Origin: Heterodontus francisci
Taxonomy: Eukaryota
Length of the DNA: 64,000 bases
NCBI RefSeq assembly: GCF_036365525.1
Contig: NW_027140453.1
Coordinates: 434,001-498,000 of the forward strand
Direction: 5' to 3'
Shown: positions 1 to 11,954 of the stretch, piece by piece
Position numbering within the stretch: position 1 is the stretch's first letter
Layout: each line of letters starts with the position of its first letter
Position numbers and translations under genes: made by a program
Notes under the pieces: model-generated
Seen by the model: only the letters and a program-made list of their open reading frames with translations
What the model was told of the DNA's origin: nothing
Databases searched by the model: none

Positions 1-1200
1 AAACTCTGAACACAGGAAATCTTTCATAGAATCAGAGACTGGTTACAGTACAGAAGGAGTCCATTCCGCCCATCGAGACCATGCCAGCTCTCTGCAAGAT
101 CAACCCAGCTAGTGCAACTCCTCCTATCTCTCATGTCAATTCAATTTGTCGCCATAACCACCTGCAAATTCCTCTGCGCTGTTTCCTTCGCATGCTCTTG
201 TGGAAGGACTTTGTCAGCACAACACAGCAACAGAATCGCATTGCACAGAGAGACACAGAGACAGGAAAGGCACCGTCAGGATGTGTGGTTATCAGAGTGC
301 AGCTGTAAATGTTTCAACATGTTCACGGATGCAGCAAGAAAAAAACAGCCTGTTTTGTGGGTTTAACCGACACACATTTGTATTTTTCCACTCCTAGGCC
401 CGAGGCAAAACAGTAGGTTAAAGGGTAAGGTAACAAAGTGTTATGTTCCTGGGCTAGTAATGTAAAGGCCTGGGCTAATAACCTGGAGATGTGAATTCAA
501 ATCCCAGCATGCTGGATTATTTCAATTCCCTTCATTAGATAAAGCTTGATTGATGAAAAGCTGCTCTCAGTCATGGTGAACATTAACCTACAGTATTGGA
601 CAAAAAACTCATCGTCACTGAGAGAAAGAAACCTGCCATCCTTATCCGCTCTGGCCTAAGAGGTGACTCCAGTCCCACAACAATATGGTTGATTCTTAAA
701 GGGCCCTCTGAATTGGCCGGGCAAGACAGTCGGTCATACAAAAGCTGTGACGGGAACAGACAGCAATGGGGGTGGGCTCATCGCCATCTTCTCAAGGACG
801 GTGAGGTGGTGGGCACTGAATACTGCATAACAGTGCCACAACCACATCCTGTGAATGAAAGCAGATAGAGAGATTGAGAAATATAATAGAATAGAGGCCT
901 CAACACGGGTGTGTGTACACTGCATGGCCTGTCCTCACCCCCAGACACATCATCTGGTCTGTTTCAATCTTTCCCCTCACTGCTCTGTAGCTAACCCCAG
1001 CCTCCTCCATGCAAGCGATACATGCACAGTTACTTGGCTGAGCTCCCATCCAGCATCCCTCATTAACATTCCCCAGTAACCCTCCATCCTAAACTCCCAC
1101 AAAATGCTCATGTGCCTGCTGTGTTATTTCCACCAACTTCACCAATCCCTTTCGACACCCCTAAATGTTGGTGTTGTTCTCCTGCTGAAGATGTTGTTGA
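1..1200 (+). repeat. Segmental direct repeat, copy A (collinear with 61437-62760)
   Basis: 1-545 matches ~61437-61995, 550-750 matches ~62395-62590 and 1047-1160 matches ~62595-62705, including shared unique-looking sequence (e.g. acagagagacacagagacaggaaa...gtcaggatgtg.ggttatcagagtgcagctg). Confidence 0.85.
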
Positions 1201-2085
1201 ATTTGTTGGTGTCTTCTTCCGACTGAAGTTGTTGTTGAACTTCTTGGTGCCTGCTTCTGACTGAAGTTGTTGTTGAATTTGTTGGTGCCTTCTTCTGACT
1301 GAAGTTGTTGTTGAAATTGTTGGTGCTTTCTTCCGACTGAAGTTGTTGTTGGATTTTTGGTGTTTTTCTCTCCTGCTGAAGTTATTGTTGGATTTGTTGG
1401 GTTTTGTTTTACTGCAGCTGAAGTTGTTGTTGTATTTGTTGGTGTTTTTCTCCTGCTGAAGTTATTGTTGAACTTGTTGGTGTTTTTCTACTGCTGAAGT
1501 TGCTGTTGAATTTGTTGGTGCTTATCACCTGCTGACTGAAGTTGTTGTTGTATTTGTTGGTGTTTTTCTCCTGCTGAAGTTATTGTTGAACTTGTTGGTG
1601 TTTTTCTCCTGCTGAAGTTGTTGTTGAATTGTGGGGCTTTTTAACTGTTGCTGAAGTAGTTGTTGTATTCGTTGATTTTTTTTCCTGCTGAAGTTGTTGT
1701 TGAATCTGTTGGAGTTCTTTACTGCCTGCTGACTTTGTTGTTGAACTTTTTGGTGTTTTTCTCCTGCTGAAGTTGTTGTTGTATTCATTGATTTTTTTTT
1801 CCCTGCTGAAGTTGTTGTTGAATTTGTTGGTGTTCTTTAATCCCTGCTGACTTTGTTGTTGAATGTTTTGGTGTTTTTCTCCTGCTGAAGTTGTTGTTGT
1901 ATATGTTGAATTTTTTTTCCGCTAATGTTGTTGAATTTGTGGTGTTTTTCTCCTGCTGAAGTTGTTGTTGTAATCGTTGATTTTTTTTTTCCTGCTGAAG
2001 TTGTTGAATTTGTTGGTGCTTTTCACCTGCTGAAGTTGTTGTTGAATTTGTTGATATTTTTCTTGAATTTGTTGCTGTTTTACTC
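1165..2085. repeat. ~39-bp minisatellite (ctgctgaagttgttgttgaatttgttggtgtttttctc)
   Basis: About 20 or more imperfect tandem units are visible directly; source of the Q/N/T-rich spurious ORFs. Confidence 0.95.
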
Positions 2086-2499
2086 CTGCGATGCAGTGTT
2101 AGAGGGGGCCAATTTGCTACCAATAATATTGTCCTCCTCAGCACAGATGCCACCGGATGTAAGGAACTATGCATAATGATCCAACAACAAAGCATGTGCT
2201 TCGACTACACAGGTCAATGGGATGAACAAATGAGAAACATTTCATTGGCTAGTATTGGGTTTTGTTTTGGTGACATCCTGGGACTGTACAGAGGACAACC
2301 TCTGATGTCCAGAAGGGCAGAACTGCACAGTCAGAGGGGGCAATCCTCAGCAATGATTATCCTCCAACCAAAATTGCTCCGACAATAACCACAGATGATC
2401 TGGACATTATTGCCTGTTTGATGGATCTTGCTTTGTAGAAACTGGCTGCCACTGTTCCTATCTTGCAGCAGTGGCTGCACTTCGAAGAAGTACTAGCAA

Positions 2500-3130
2500 C
2501 GAATATGGGATTAGTAAAGCACTCGGGTTCTTGGGCTTTATAAATGGAGGCATGGAGCACAAGCGCTGGGAAGCTATGATGAACATTTCCAAAGCTCTGG
2601 TTAGGCTGTAACTGGAAGTTTGCGTTCAGTTCTGGTCACCACACTTTAGGAAGGATGTGAGTGTCCATGACAGGGTGCAAAGGAGATTTTACCAGAATGG
2701 TTCCAGGGATGTTACATGGTTATTTTGGAGAATCTGGGGTTGTTTACCTTGGTGCAAAGGCGATTGAGGGGAGATCTGATAGAGGAAACAAGATTGTGAC
2801 AGTGTTAGTTAAGGTAGACAGAGTAAACCTGTTCCCATTAGTGGATGGTGCAAGGACTATTGGTCAAAGATTGATGATTCTGGACAATAGATACTGGGGT
2901 ATTTGAGGAAGAACCTCTATACACAGTGAGTGGTAACAACAGGGAATTCACTGCCTACCATGGTGGTGGAAGTGGAGACAATGAATGATTTCAAAAGGAA
3001 ATTTATTGGACACTTGAAGGAGATAATCTTGCTGGGCCACAGGGATAGAGAGGTAGAATGGGACTGACTGGATTGCATGGACTCGATGGGCAGAATGGCC
3101 TCCTTCTGTACCATACAGGCTGTATGACTT
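2500..3130 (+). mobile_element. CR1-type LINE 3' fragment
   Basis: Degenerate LVRxxLExCVQFWSPHFRKDV / FTRMVPGM motifs and the typical 3' tail (gatgggcagaatggcctccttctgt). Confidence 0.8.
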
Positions 3131-3279
3131 TCTGGCTAACTGGCTGTAAAGTGTTTTCAGATGAAATGGTGTTGCAAAGGTCACCAATAGGGATACACAG
3201 GGGCTCGTTGGTTTGCTGAGCTTTCACGATGATGCTGCTCACAGGTGGGTGTTTTAGGGGCAGGTTGGGAGGGTGAGGA

Positions 3280-3318
3280 TGTTTTTGTCTCACTCTGCCG
3301 CAGGGTTGTATCGCTGTG
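3280..3318 (-). promoter_or_regulatory. 23-RSS of the inverted V
   Basis: Minus strand: CACAGCG (3318-3312), 23-nt spacer, ACAAAAACA (3288-3280). Confidence 0.95.
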
Positions 3319-3938
3319 CCCATACTCGCTGCACAGTAGTAGGTCGCAGTGTCTGTCAGCTGGGGGTCGACCAGCTGCAGGGAGAATCGGTTGCTTGCAG
3401 AGTCGTGTTGCACAGTGAACCGCTTCTCAAAGCCTGGCCCACAGCTGCCGTGCTCATTGCACATCCACTTTACTGCCTTCCCCTCCTGCCTGTACCAGTG
3501 CATGGTGTAGCTGCCCATGCTGGCTCCCTCCAAGCTGCAGCCGAGGGCGAGGGGCTTCCCCGGTCGAATAGAAGCCGCAGCTGGAGTCTGGACCGCAGTG
3601 GGTGCAGACTGAACCCCTGGAACACATTCCATAAAAGAAAGTAATTCAGAATCATGGAAGGAAAATGGTAGCATAAATCATAAAATCTAACAGAATAGAA
3701 AGAGGCCGTTCTGCCCATCGTATCTGCTGTTTGAAAGAGCTATCGAGTTAGTCGCACTTGCCCCTGCTCCTATCCCATTGCCCTCCCAATTTCCCCGCTC
3801 CAAGCACTGATCCAATAGCCATTTGGGAGATTACTATTGAATCTACTTCCTCCTGCTGAAGGGATACCACTTACACCAAATCCAATGTCCAAGCAATAAG
3901 ATGACCAAGATTGAGATGTTTTTAGCTAAGAGTGCCAT
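3319..3938 (-). CDS. Intact antigen-receptor V gene, inverted, TCR Vdelta(TRDV2)-like; leader exon 3938-3875, V exon 3616-3319
   Basis: Leader MALLAKNISILVILLLGHWIW with GTAAGT donor; acceptor ttccag; V exon VQSAPTAVQTP...LGCSLEGASMGSYTMHWYRQ...GPGFEKRF...DTATYYCAAS is open, has both canonical Cys and the Trp, and ends at a 23-RSS. Confidence 0.92.
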
Positions 3939-5225
3939 CGCCCTTCTCAGAAGCAGAGAGGCAGCCCTTACTGAGCAACAAGCCAGTGCCTGGTAAATGG
4001 AAATGCCACCACTTGTGATGAAGAGAGTGGAATGATTGGACGCCCATCCTGTACCTCGACCACGCCTGTCAGCAGAGTGAACAAATGAGGAGCACTTCCC
4101 TCGGCAGCATTGCTGTTATTTTTGCAGATTCCTGCAAGCCCCTGAGCCGGACTTTCTCTCTTCCCTTCCCAACATTCCCACATTTCCTTCCATGGAATAT
4201 TGCCTTATTTTTTGATTGGTCATGAATGTGCTGACGATGCGAAAGATAGGTTGGAAAACAAATTGTGAGGAGGGCACAAAGAGTGTGCAGAGGGATATAG
4301 ATAGGTTAAGTGAGTGGGCAAAAAATTGGCAGATGGAGCATAATGTGGGCAAATGTGAGCTTGCCCACTTTGGCAGGAAGAATGGGAATTCAGAACATCA
4401 TTCCACCCAGTCTGTCTCTCCATTTTTGGTTATATTGCACCATTTATCTATCTATTTATCTTGATCATATATATATATTTGCCATCGATTTATCTACCTG
4501 TCTCTCACCTCTCTAAATATGCATCCACCATATATCTGACGTTTATCATCTATCTAACACAACTATTTGCACCGTACCAGTTTAATTATTGATATATCAT
4601 GATTTGCATTTTACTGATAGTTTCATCTTCTTGCTCTCCTTCGACTCAGAGTACATCAATACATTATGAATTATTAAAAATGCTGCAGCAATGTGCTCAG
4701 ATCCTTCTCGTTAAGGCAGCCTCTACCTGTAAAGAACAGATTCCGAGGTGGGGTAAATGGGTTCATGGTCCTGTTGAATGAGCTGTCTGTGGTATGTGAC
4801 AAGAGTTACACATAGCTCCCTGTTGTACATGTCCCCAATGATTCATACAATGCAAAAGTGAGACACCTCCCCAGATAGGTCTCTCACTGGAACACCTGCC
4901 TCCTGACGGTGGTTTGAGCATCTGTTCAAAACAGTTAACCCACTTCTTCATGACACTGTCGCTTTTCAAAGTACCTAACATTTCACCACAATGTAAAACA
5001 TAGCCCTTGAATTGTCGTTTAGCAAAGGGGAAATAAATCTTTATCTGCCTAATATAAACAAGCCACTTGATGTGTCTTATATATTTATAGAATCATACAG
5101 CAGAGCCGAGGCCATTCAGCCCATCGAGCCTGGCCCGGCTGTTCGAAAGAGCCACCCTATACAACACCAATCAGACACAACCAACGAGAGCCAGATACAG
5201 ACGGGAAGCAGTTCCTTATTCAAGC

Positions 5226-5572
5226 GGCACAGTGGCGCAGTGGTTAGCACCGCAGCCTCACAGCTCCAGGGACCCAGGTTCGATTCCGGGTACTGCCTGT
5301 GTGGAGTTTGCAAGTTCTCCCTGTGTCTGCGTGGGTTTTCTCCGGGTGCTCCGGTTTCCTCCCACAAGCCAAAAGACTTGCAGGTTGATAGGTAAATTGG
5401 CCATTATAAATTGTCACTAGTATAGGTAGGTGGTAGGGAAATATAGGGACGGTGGGGATGTTTGGTAGGAATATGGGATTAGTGTAGGATTAGTATAAAT
5501 GGGTGGTTGATGTTCGGCACAGACTCGGTGGGCCGAAGGGCCTGTTTCAGTGCTGTATCTCTAATCTAATCT
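5226..5572 (+). mobile_element. tRNA-derived SINE (HE1/V-SINE-like), near full length
   Basis: A box tggcgcagtgg, B box ggttcgattcc, V-SINE core (tgtgtggagtttgca.gttctccc.gtgtctgcgtgggttt), LINE-like tail ending ctaatctaatct. Confidence 0.85.
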
Positions 5573-5723
5573 CCTTCCGACCATGGGGTGTTATTATTCT
5601 GTCATACCCAGAAGTGAGGGGTCAGAAGGAAACCCTGTTTCCAGTGCTGTCATTTCCGCTCTCTGCTTTATCTTCAGCCGCCTGATATTGGTTCATGAAC
5701 AGATTCAGCCCTCAGTCTGCAGG

Positions 5724-6539
5724 ATGCAGTTAGTCAAACTCTTCCTAATCGTCTGTTCTCTTCTTCCATGTAGGTATTCATTGTTCATAAAGATACCTCT
5801 GCTAAAATACTTGCTGTGTTTTCATTCACTACTAACTTCTATCAAACTAGATTGATAAAACATAATTGCAGTCATTTTCCTGTCATTTCTTAAACTACAT
5901 ACTTTACTTTCACTGTCAATAATATTTACTTAATGAAATTTATGACTGAATAAAAAATACTTATATATTCGTGACGCTACTATACCTATCTTTAACCGAT
6001 AAGTTTGCCCTAATTCTGGGTTAATTTGTCTGTCTCATATCACTTGCTACATTATTTTTCAATCTCTATATCTATCTGTTTATTATCTATATATCTACAA
6101 ATATATCATTTAACGATATATTGTCTGCCTATATAGTTATCTAGTATTATCTACTTATCTATTTGGATAGTTATAGTTGGTTATCATATGTCACAATATG
6201 TTCTAAACTTTTTTAACTATTCTCCTTATTTCTCAAGGCAAAACTCTAGCAGAGGTGATACACCAGTGGCCAACTCTGGTGGTGGTGAAGGGAGGTGAAC
6301 CAGCAGAATTAAACTGTTACCAGAATGACAGTAGTAAGAGCGTTATGCTGTGGTATCGGCAGTTTGCCGGGCAGGGGCTCACCCTAATGGGTCATTCTAT
6401 TAATGGAATCCCAGTCACATACGAAGGAAAATTTGAGGAGGAGGTGAAGATTTTAAGGCCCGAGGAGAGACGATGCAGCCTGAGGGTCCTCAAGGTTAAG
6501 GCTGCGGATGCGGCGGTGTATTACTGTGCAGCCAGTGAG
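5724..6539 (+). CDS. TRBV: TCR beta V gene 1 (leader 5724-5769, V exon 6238-6539)
   Basis: Leader MQLVKLFLIVCSLLP with GTAGGT donor; V exon KTLAEVIHQWP...LNCYQND...WYRQ...DAAVYYCAASE is open. Confidence 0.95.
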
Positions 6540-6578
6540 CACAGCGCTGCAGACTGCCTTAGTGCCAGGACAAAAACC
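6540..6578 (+). promoter_or_regulatory. 23-RSS of TRBV gene 1
   Basis: CACAGCG, 23 nt, ACAAAAACC. Confidence 0.97.
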
Positions 6579-6939
6579 AACAGGGTGAACAACACAACTC
6601 ACTGACATACAGGAGCAATGACAATGGTTAATGTCTCTCCCTGCCTCACCGGCCATTTTCCAAGCTGGTGATTCCCGGATTCCTGAACCTTCATCAAGGG
6701 CTGAATGACAGGGAATAGCAGAAGGTACGAGGAAGAGAGAGAAGGAAAGAGAGAGATGTGTCTCAGATCCCCTGCAAAATTTCAAAGTCCTCGTCTACAC
6801 TGTTTAATTTCTGGCACTGAGTATGTTAAAACTAAATCACTGTCGCTGTCTCATACTTGATTAATTAAAAGGTTAATTAATGATCGAAATAAGACAGAAA
6901 GTTAACATCGCCATTGTGAAGTGATCGATAGAGTATCAA

Positions 6940-7460
6940 TCATCTACAAGGCACAAGTCAGGAGTGTGATGGAATACTCTCCACTTGCCTGGATGGATGC
7001 AGCTCCAACAACACTCAGGAAGCTCAACACCATCCAGGAAAAAGCAGCCCTTTTGATCATCACCCCATCTACCACCTTCAACACTCACTCCCTTCACAAC
7101 AGTGGCAGCAGTGTGTACCATCTACAAGATGCTTTGCAGCAAAGCATCGAGCGTCCTTAGACAACACCTTCCAAACCAACCAACTCTACCAACTAGAAGG
7201 ACAAGGGCAGCAAATACATGGGGGCACCACCACCTGCAAGTTCCCCTCCAAGTCACACACCATCCTGACTTGGAACTATATCGCCATTTCTTCACTGACA
7301 CTGGGTCAAAATCCGAGAACTCCCTTCCCAACAGCACTGTGGGTGTACCTACCCCCCATGGCTCAAGAAGGCAGCTCACCACCACCATCTCAAGGGTAAT
7401 CAGTGTTGTGAAATAATTGCTGGCCTTGTGAAAGAAACTCACGTCCCATGAAGGAATAAG
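6940..7460 (+). mobile_element. LINE 3' fragment (CR1/L2-like)
   Basis: YKAQVRSVMEYSPLAW...QEKAA RT C-terminal motif; the same family recurs at ~61996-62390. Confidence 0.75.
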
Positions 7461-7762
7461 AAAAAAAGTTATATCAGGTCTTCCACGACTTCAAGACGCC
7501 CCAAAGCAGTTAACAGCCAACTAAGAACTGGAAAATGATGGTCAGATCCTCTGCAACTTCTTTCCTTGCTTTGATTTTTTTTTATTCATTCTGGGGACCT
7601 GAGTCCCTCTGAGAAGGCCAGTAGTTATTCAACATCGCTAATTGCCCTGGAGAAGGTGTGTGCTGCCTTGTAGATAACTGAAGGGTTTGCTGGGTCATTT
7701 CAGAGAGCAGTGTACTTAAAACACGGAAGCCAACTGGTGTACAGCACCATGCCATAGGCAGC

Positions 7763-7796
7763 ATAGACAGGCAGATAGATAGCTAGGAAGGCAGAC

Positions 7797-7861
<65 letters not shown>

Positions 7862-8140
7862 TCAGACAGATAGATAAAAAGACAGATGGGTAGACAGATT
7901 GATAGATAGACAGACAGATAGGTAGACAGATAGATAGACAAATAGGCAAATAGATTGTTAGATAGACAGACAGATATGCAGATAGGTAGATGTGAAGACA
8001 GACAGACGGATTCATACAGATAGAGAGACAAATTGACACAGATAGACAGACACACAGCCATGCAGATATATAGATAGAGAGAAAGATAGACAGATAGCTA
8101 CAGAGATAGATAGATAGCTGTATAGATAAACAGACAGAGA
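7763..8140. repeat. (GATA)n/(GACA)n microsatellite
   Basis: Directly visible. Confidence 0.95.
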
Positions 8141-8285
8141 TCTTTTTCTCCCTTTCTCCATCCATCTCTATCACTGCCTCTCTTTTACTCTATCTGTTTT
8201 TCACCCTATCATCCTCTCTGACTCTGTCTCGCACTGTGTCTCTCTCTCATTCCTTGGCACTTTCACATACACTCTATCCCTCCAA

Positions 8286-9890
8286 TAGAATCATAGAAAG
8301 TTTAAGGCACAGAAAGAGGCCACTTGGCCCATCGTGTCTGTGGCGGCTGAAAAACAATCCACCTATTCAAATCACACCTTCCAGCATTTGGTCCATAGCC
8401 CTGCAGATTACGGCACTTGAGGTGCATATCCAGACTCCTTTGAATTAGTTGAGAGTGTCTGCCTCAACTACCCTTTCAGGCAGCGAGTACCTGACCCCCA
8501 CTACCCTCTAAATTTTTCCTTATCTACCCTCTAATTCTTCTACCAATCACATTAAATCTCTTCCCCCTCGTCACTGATCTCTCTGCCAAGATGAATAGAC
8601 CTTTCACCTCCACTCTATCCAGGCCCCTTCAATATTTTGCACATTTCAAACAGTCATCCCCTCAGCTTTCTCTGTTCCAAGGAGAACAACCCCAGCCTAT
8701 CCAATCTTTCCGCATAGCTGCATTTTCCAGTTCTGGCAACATCCTCGTAAATCCCCTCTGTACCCTCTCTGGTGCAATTACATTCTTTCTGCAATGAGGT
8801 GAGCAGAACTGCACACAGTACTCAAGTTGTGGCCTAACCAATGAGTTATACAGTTCCAGCATAACTTCCCTGCTCTTGTATTCTATACCTCAGCTAATAA
8901 AGGAACGGATTCCATATGCCTTCTTAACCACCTTATCGACCTGTCCTGCTACCTTCAGTGATCTGTAGACATTCACTCCAAGGTCCCTCACTTCCTCTGC
9001 ACTTCTCAGTATTTTCCCATTAATCGTGTATTCCTCTGCCTTGTTTGACCACCCCAAATGCATCACCTCACACCTCTCCAAGTTGGATTCCATTTGCCAC
9101 TCTTCTGCCCATCTGACAAGACCATCAATATCTTCCTGCAGCCTACACCAATCCTCCATGCGATCTACCACACGGCTAATCCTTGTGTTGTCTACATACA
9201 TTTGGATTATGCCCCCCTACATTTACATCCAAATCGTTAATAAATACCACAAAAAGCAGGGAACCCAATACTGAGCCCTGTGCAACGCCACTGCAAACAG
9301 CCCTCCAGTCGCTAAAACAACCATCAACAATTACCCTTTGTTTCCTGCCACTGAGCCAATTTTGTATCCACCTTGCTGCATTTCCCTGGATCCCATGGGA
9401 TTTTGTTTTTTTTAACCAGTCTGCCATGTGCAGCCTTTTCAAAAGCCTTGCTAAAATCCAGGTAGACCACGTCAACTGCACTACCCTCATCTATCTTCCT
9501 TGTTACTTCTTCAAAAAATTCGATCGAATTGATCAAACAAGTTCATCCCTTAACAAATCTATGCTGACTATCCTGGATTAATCTGTGCCTTTCTAAGTGA
9601 CAGTTTATCCTGTCTCCCAGAATAGATTGCAATAATTTGCTCACTACTGAGGTCAGACTGACTGGCCTGTAATTAGTCAGTCTATCCTTCTCTCCCTTTT
9701 TAGACGGAGACACAACGTTAACAATTCTCCAATCCTCCGGCACCACACCTGTAATCAGTGAGGACTGCAAAAAGATGGTCAGATCCTCTGCTATATCTTC
9801 TCTTGCTTCTTTTTGCAGCCTAGGATTCATTTCATCCTGCCCTGGTGATTTATCAACTTTCATGGATGCTAATCCCATTAATGATTCCTC
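8286..9890 (-). mobile_element. CR1-type LINE, 5'-truncated, frameshifted RT
   Basis: Minus-strand pieces KSPGQDEM..RLQKE, NYRPVSLTSVV, VDVVYLDFSKAFE, SGVAQGSVLG, LVRPQLEYCVQF. Confidence 0.92.
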
Positions 9891-9953
9891 CCTCAGCTTC
9901 GCTCCCTTAAATCCAGAGCAACCAGCAGAAAGTGTCTTAGATCCGCCGCAAAC

Positions 9954-10000
9954 ATGCCATTCAATTTCATCGACGTTTACTATTTTCCTTCTGTCGCTGA
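9954..10000 (+). pseudogene. TRBV: Orphan V leader exon (paralog of the 13686 leader), 1-nt frameshift, no V exon
   Basis: ~9905-10290 aligns with the promoter/leader/intron at ~13635-14035; the exon is 47 nt versus 46; no V exon follows. Confidence 0.8.
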
Positions 10001-11022
10001 GTATGTTTAAATTCTGGCACAATTACTGTTTTACATTTGATCAACTGCTTAATGAGCTCAACAAGACTGTGCGGCGGTGACTTGTGAAATCAGCAATCAA
10101 TTATTGAATATAAGATAGTGAAGTCATTAATCTGTTCAAACTTTTTTGGCAACAAAATTGTGAAGAATATACTGTTAACCATATAATATCTACACCCACT
10201 TCTACTCATGTAGATTTCACTATTCTGCTTTACATCTGTACAGATACTGGGAGGAAATTAGGACAAAGACTGAATTTGTATCGTTAATTCTGCGGGTAAT
10301 AATCCTCTGCAGGTGAGGATGAAACACTGAGAAGGAGGATGAATTTCGGGAAGTGACTTGAAGAAGCCCACAGCATGGGTTTCACTGGGAAAGTAACAAA
10401 CACAGCTTGTTGCAGTTGCACCATGCTGCCACTGGTCGGCGCAGTGGCTCCACTATATTTCGCGCCACCACAGGCTTTGGCGCCGCTGATCAATGAGTCA
10501 ATTCCTCTGCTTCTGCAATCTTTTCACTTTAAAGGCTAAACGCAGTTAGATTGCCACTTTACAGTGATGTTATATGAGCCGCCTCCGCTGCCATCGAACT
10601 ATCCACCTTCTTTTCCTCCACTACTGATTTTAATTTGCAAAAGGATGTTAATAATCCCCTGTTCTGCACCATAACCTCTGGAGTCACCCAAAGCAGCTAT
10701 CGTTGCACCGCCCCTTGTTTTTTTCACCTACCCTCTCCAACACCTCGCTACCTTCAGAATTCCCCTCGCCTCGGCATGAAAGCAAGCTCACAAAGGCTTG
10801 TGAAGGTATTTGCAGCAGAATAGAAAGTGGGGTGCAAGGGGGGGAAATGGAGAGAAGAAACAAGTGGAAAGGGGCGGAAGGAAGCAAACAAAAGAATGGG
10901 GGACAACTTAAAAAGTAGGGGCGGGGACCATCTCAATGACGTTCTGCACTAGGGGTACTACAACTGCCTCTTACCCTTAAACCAGAGTAACCAGCAGAAA
11001 GTGTCTCAGATCTGCACCAAAC

Positions 11023-11068
11023 ATCCCTTTCAACTTCATCACCTTTGCTATTTTCCTTCTGGCGCTGA
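11023..11068 (+). pseudogene. TRBV: Orphan V leader exon (ATG>ATC), V exon deleted
   Basis: ~10730-11330 aligns with ~13370-14020; followed directly by a residual nonamer ACAAAAACC-ctcaca at 11350. Confidence 0.82.
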
Positions 11069-11910
11069 GTAGGTTAAAATTCTGTCCCAATCACTCTTCT
11101 ACATTTGATCAACTGATTAATGATCTCAGTAAAACTGTGAAATAAGCAATCAATCATTTAATATAAGATAGTGAAGTCTTTAACCTGTTCCCTAGTTTGG
11201 GTGCCCAAGTGTTATTAATATGATGTTAACACTTTAATAATTCCACCCACTTGCAAGCATGTAGATTCCACTAGTTTATTTCACAGTTTTATAGATTCAG
11301 GTTCTTGTAGGAAATTAGGTCAAAGACCCAATTTCTTAAATTTCCTAAAACAAAAACCCTCACAACAGGCTGGGCTCAGACTGGGGGAATGTGACAGGGG
11401 GAAGCAGAGAGACACACTTCGAATGCTATAAGATGATGGAACTGATTGATAGGGCAGATTTACAGAGGATGTTTCCACAAAGTCAATCCCATCACATGCC
11501 GATTCGATACAGAGTTAAGCCTATCACGCATTGGATAGGTACAGAGGCAGACCCACCACCTAGCAATAAGGTGCAGAGTAAAACCTCCCATTCACTGGTT
11601 AGATCGGGATGTCAGACAAACAGTGTAACTCCCCTTACCTCACTCCCTCACATCACTGCTATCTCAGAGGGATCCTCTGAGTTGCTGCAGTTTTAAAGTA
11701 ACTCCAGACCCCGCCATCAATGGGAGGACACAGCCCGGCCGATTACTCAGGTCCTGGTTTAACCCCGCCCCAGAAAAGTACAGTCCCCTCGTGGGAGACA
11801 ATGAACAAGTACAAAGAGATTTGCTCCTCCCATCCGACCATTTAACAGTGGGGAGGAGGGGACAGTAAATCCCACTCAGAACATTGAGATATTCTGCAAT
11901 AAAACAGCTC

Positions 11911-11920
11911 AGTGATTTCA
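11911..11920 (+). promoter_or_regulatory. Possible Vbeta promoter decamer (CRE-like)
   Basis: AGTGATTTCA, one mismatch to AGTGAYRTCA, ~35 nt before the leader ATG; similar AGTGCTGTCA at 5643-5652 upstream of V gene 1. Confidence 0.35.
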
Positions 11921-11954
11921 CACAATGAACACATGGATCTGTCTCCCTCCAGAG

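Noticed and set aside
1525-2195. Gln/Asn/Thr-rich ORFs
   Set aside because: Translations of the minisatellite.
3319-3616. VNAR/NAR-TCR or IgH V assignment
   Set aside because: No VNAR-type CDR2 deletion, no dedicated D-J or supporting V nearby, and no IgH WVRQ..GKGLEW / YYCAR pattern.
3972-4047. Alternative leader exon for the inverted V (MGVQSFHSLHHKWW...)
   Set aside because: Not hydrophobic; 3938-3875 is a much better signal peptide with a GTAAGT donor.
5226-5300. tRNA gene
   Set aside because: It is the tRNA-derived head of a SINE and continues into SINE core and tail.
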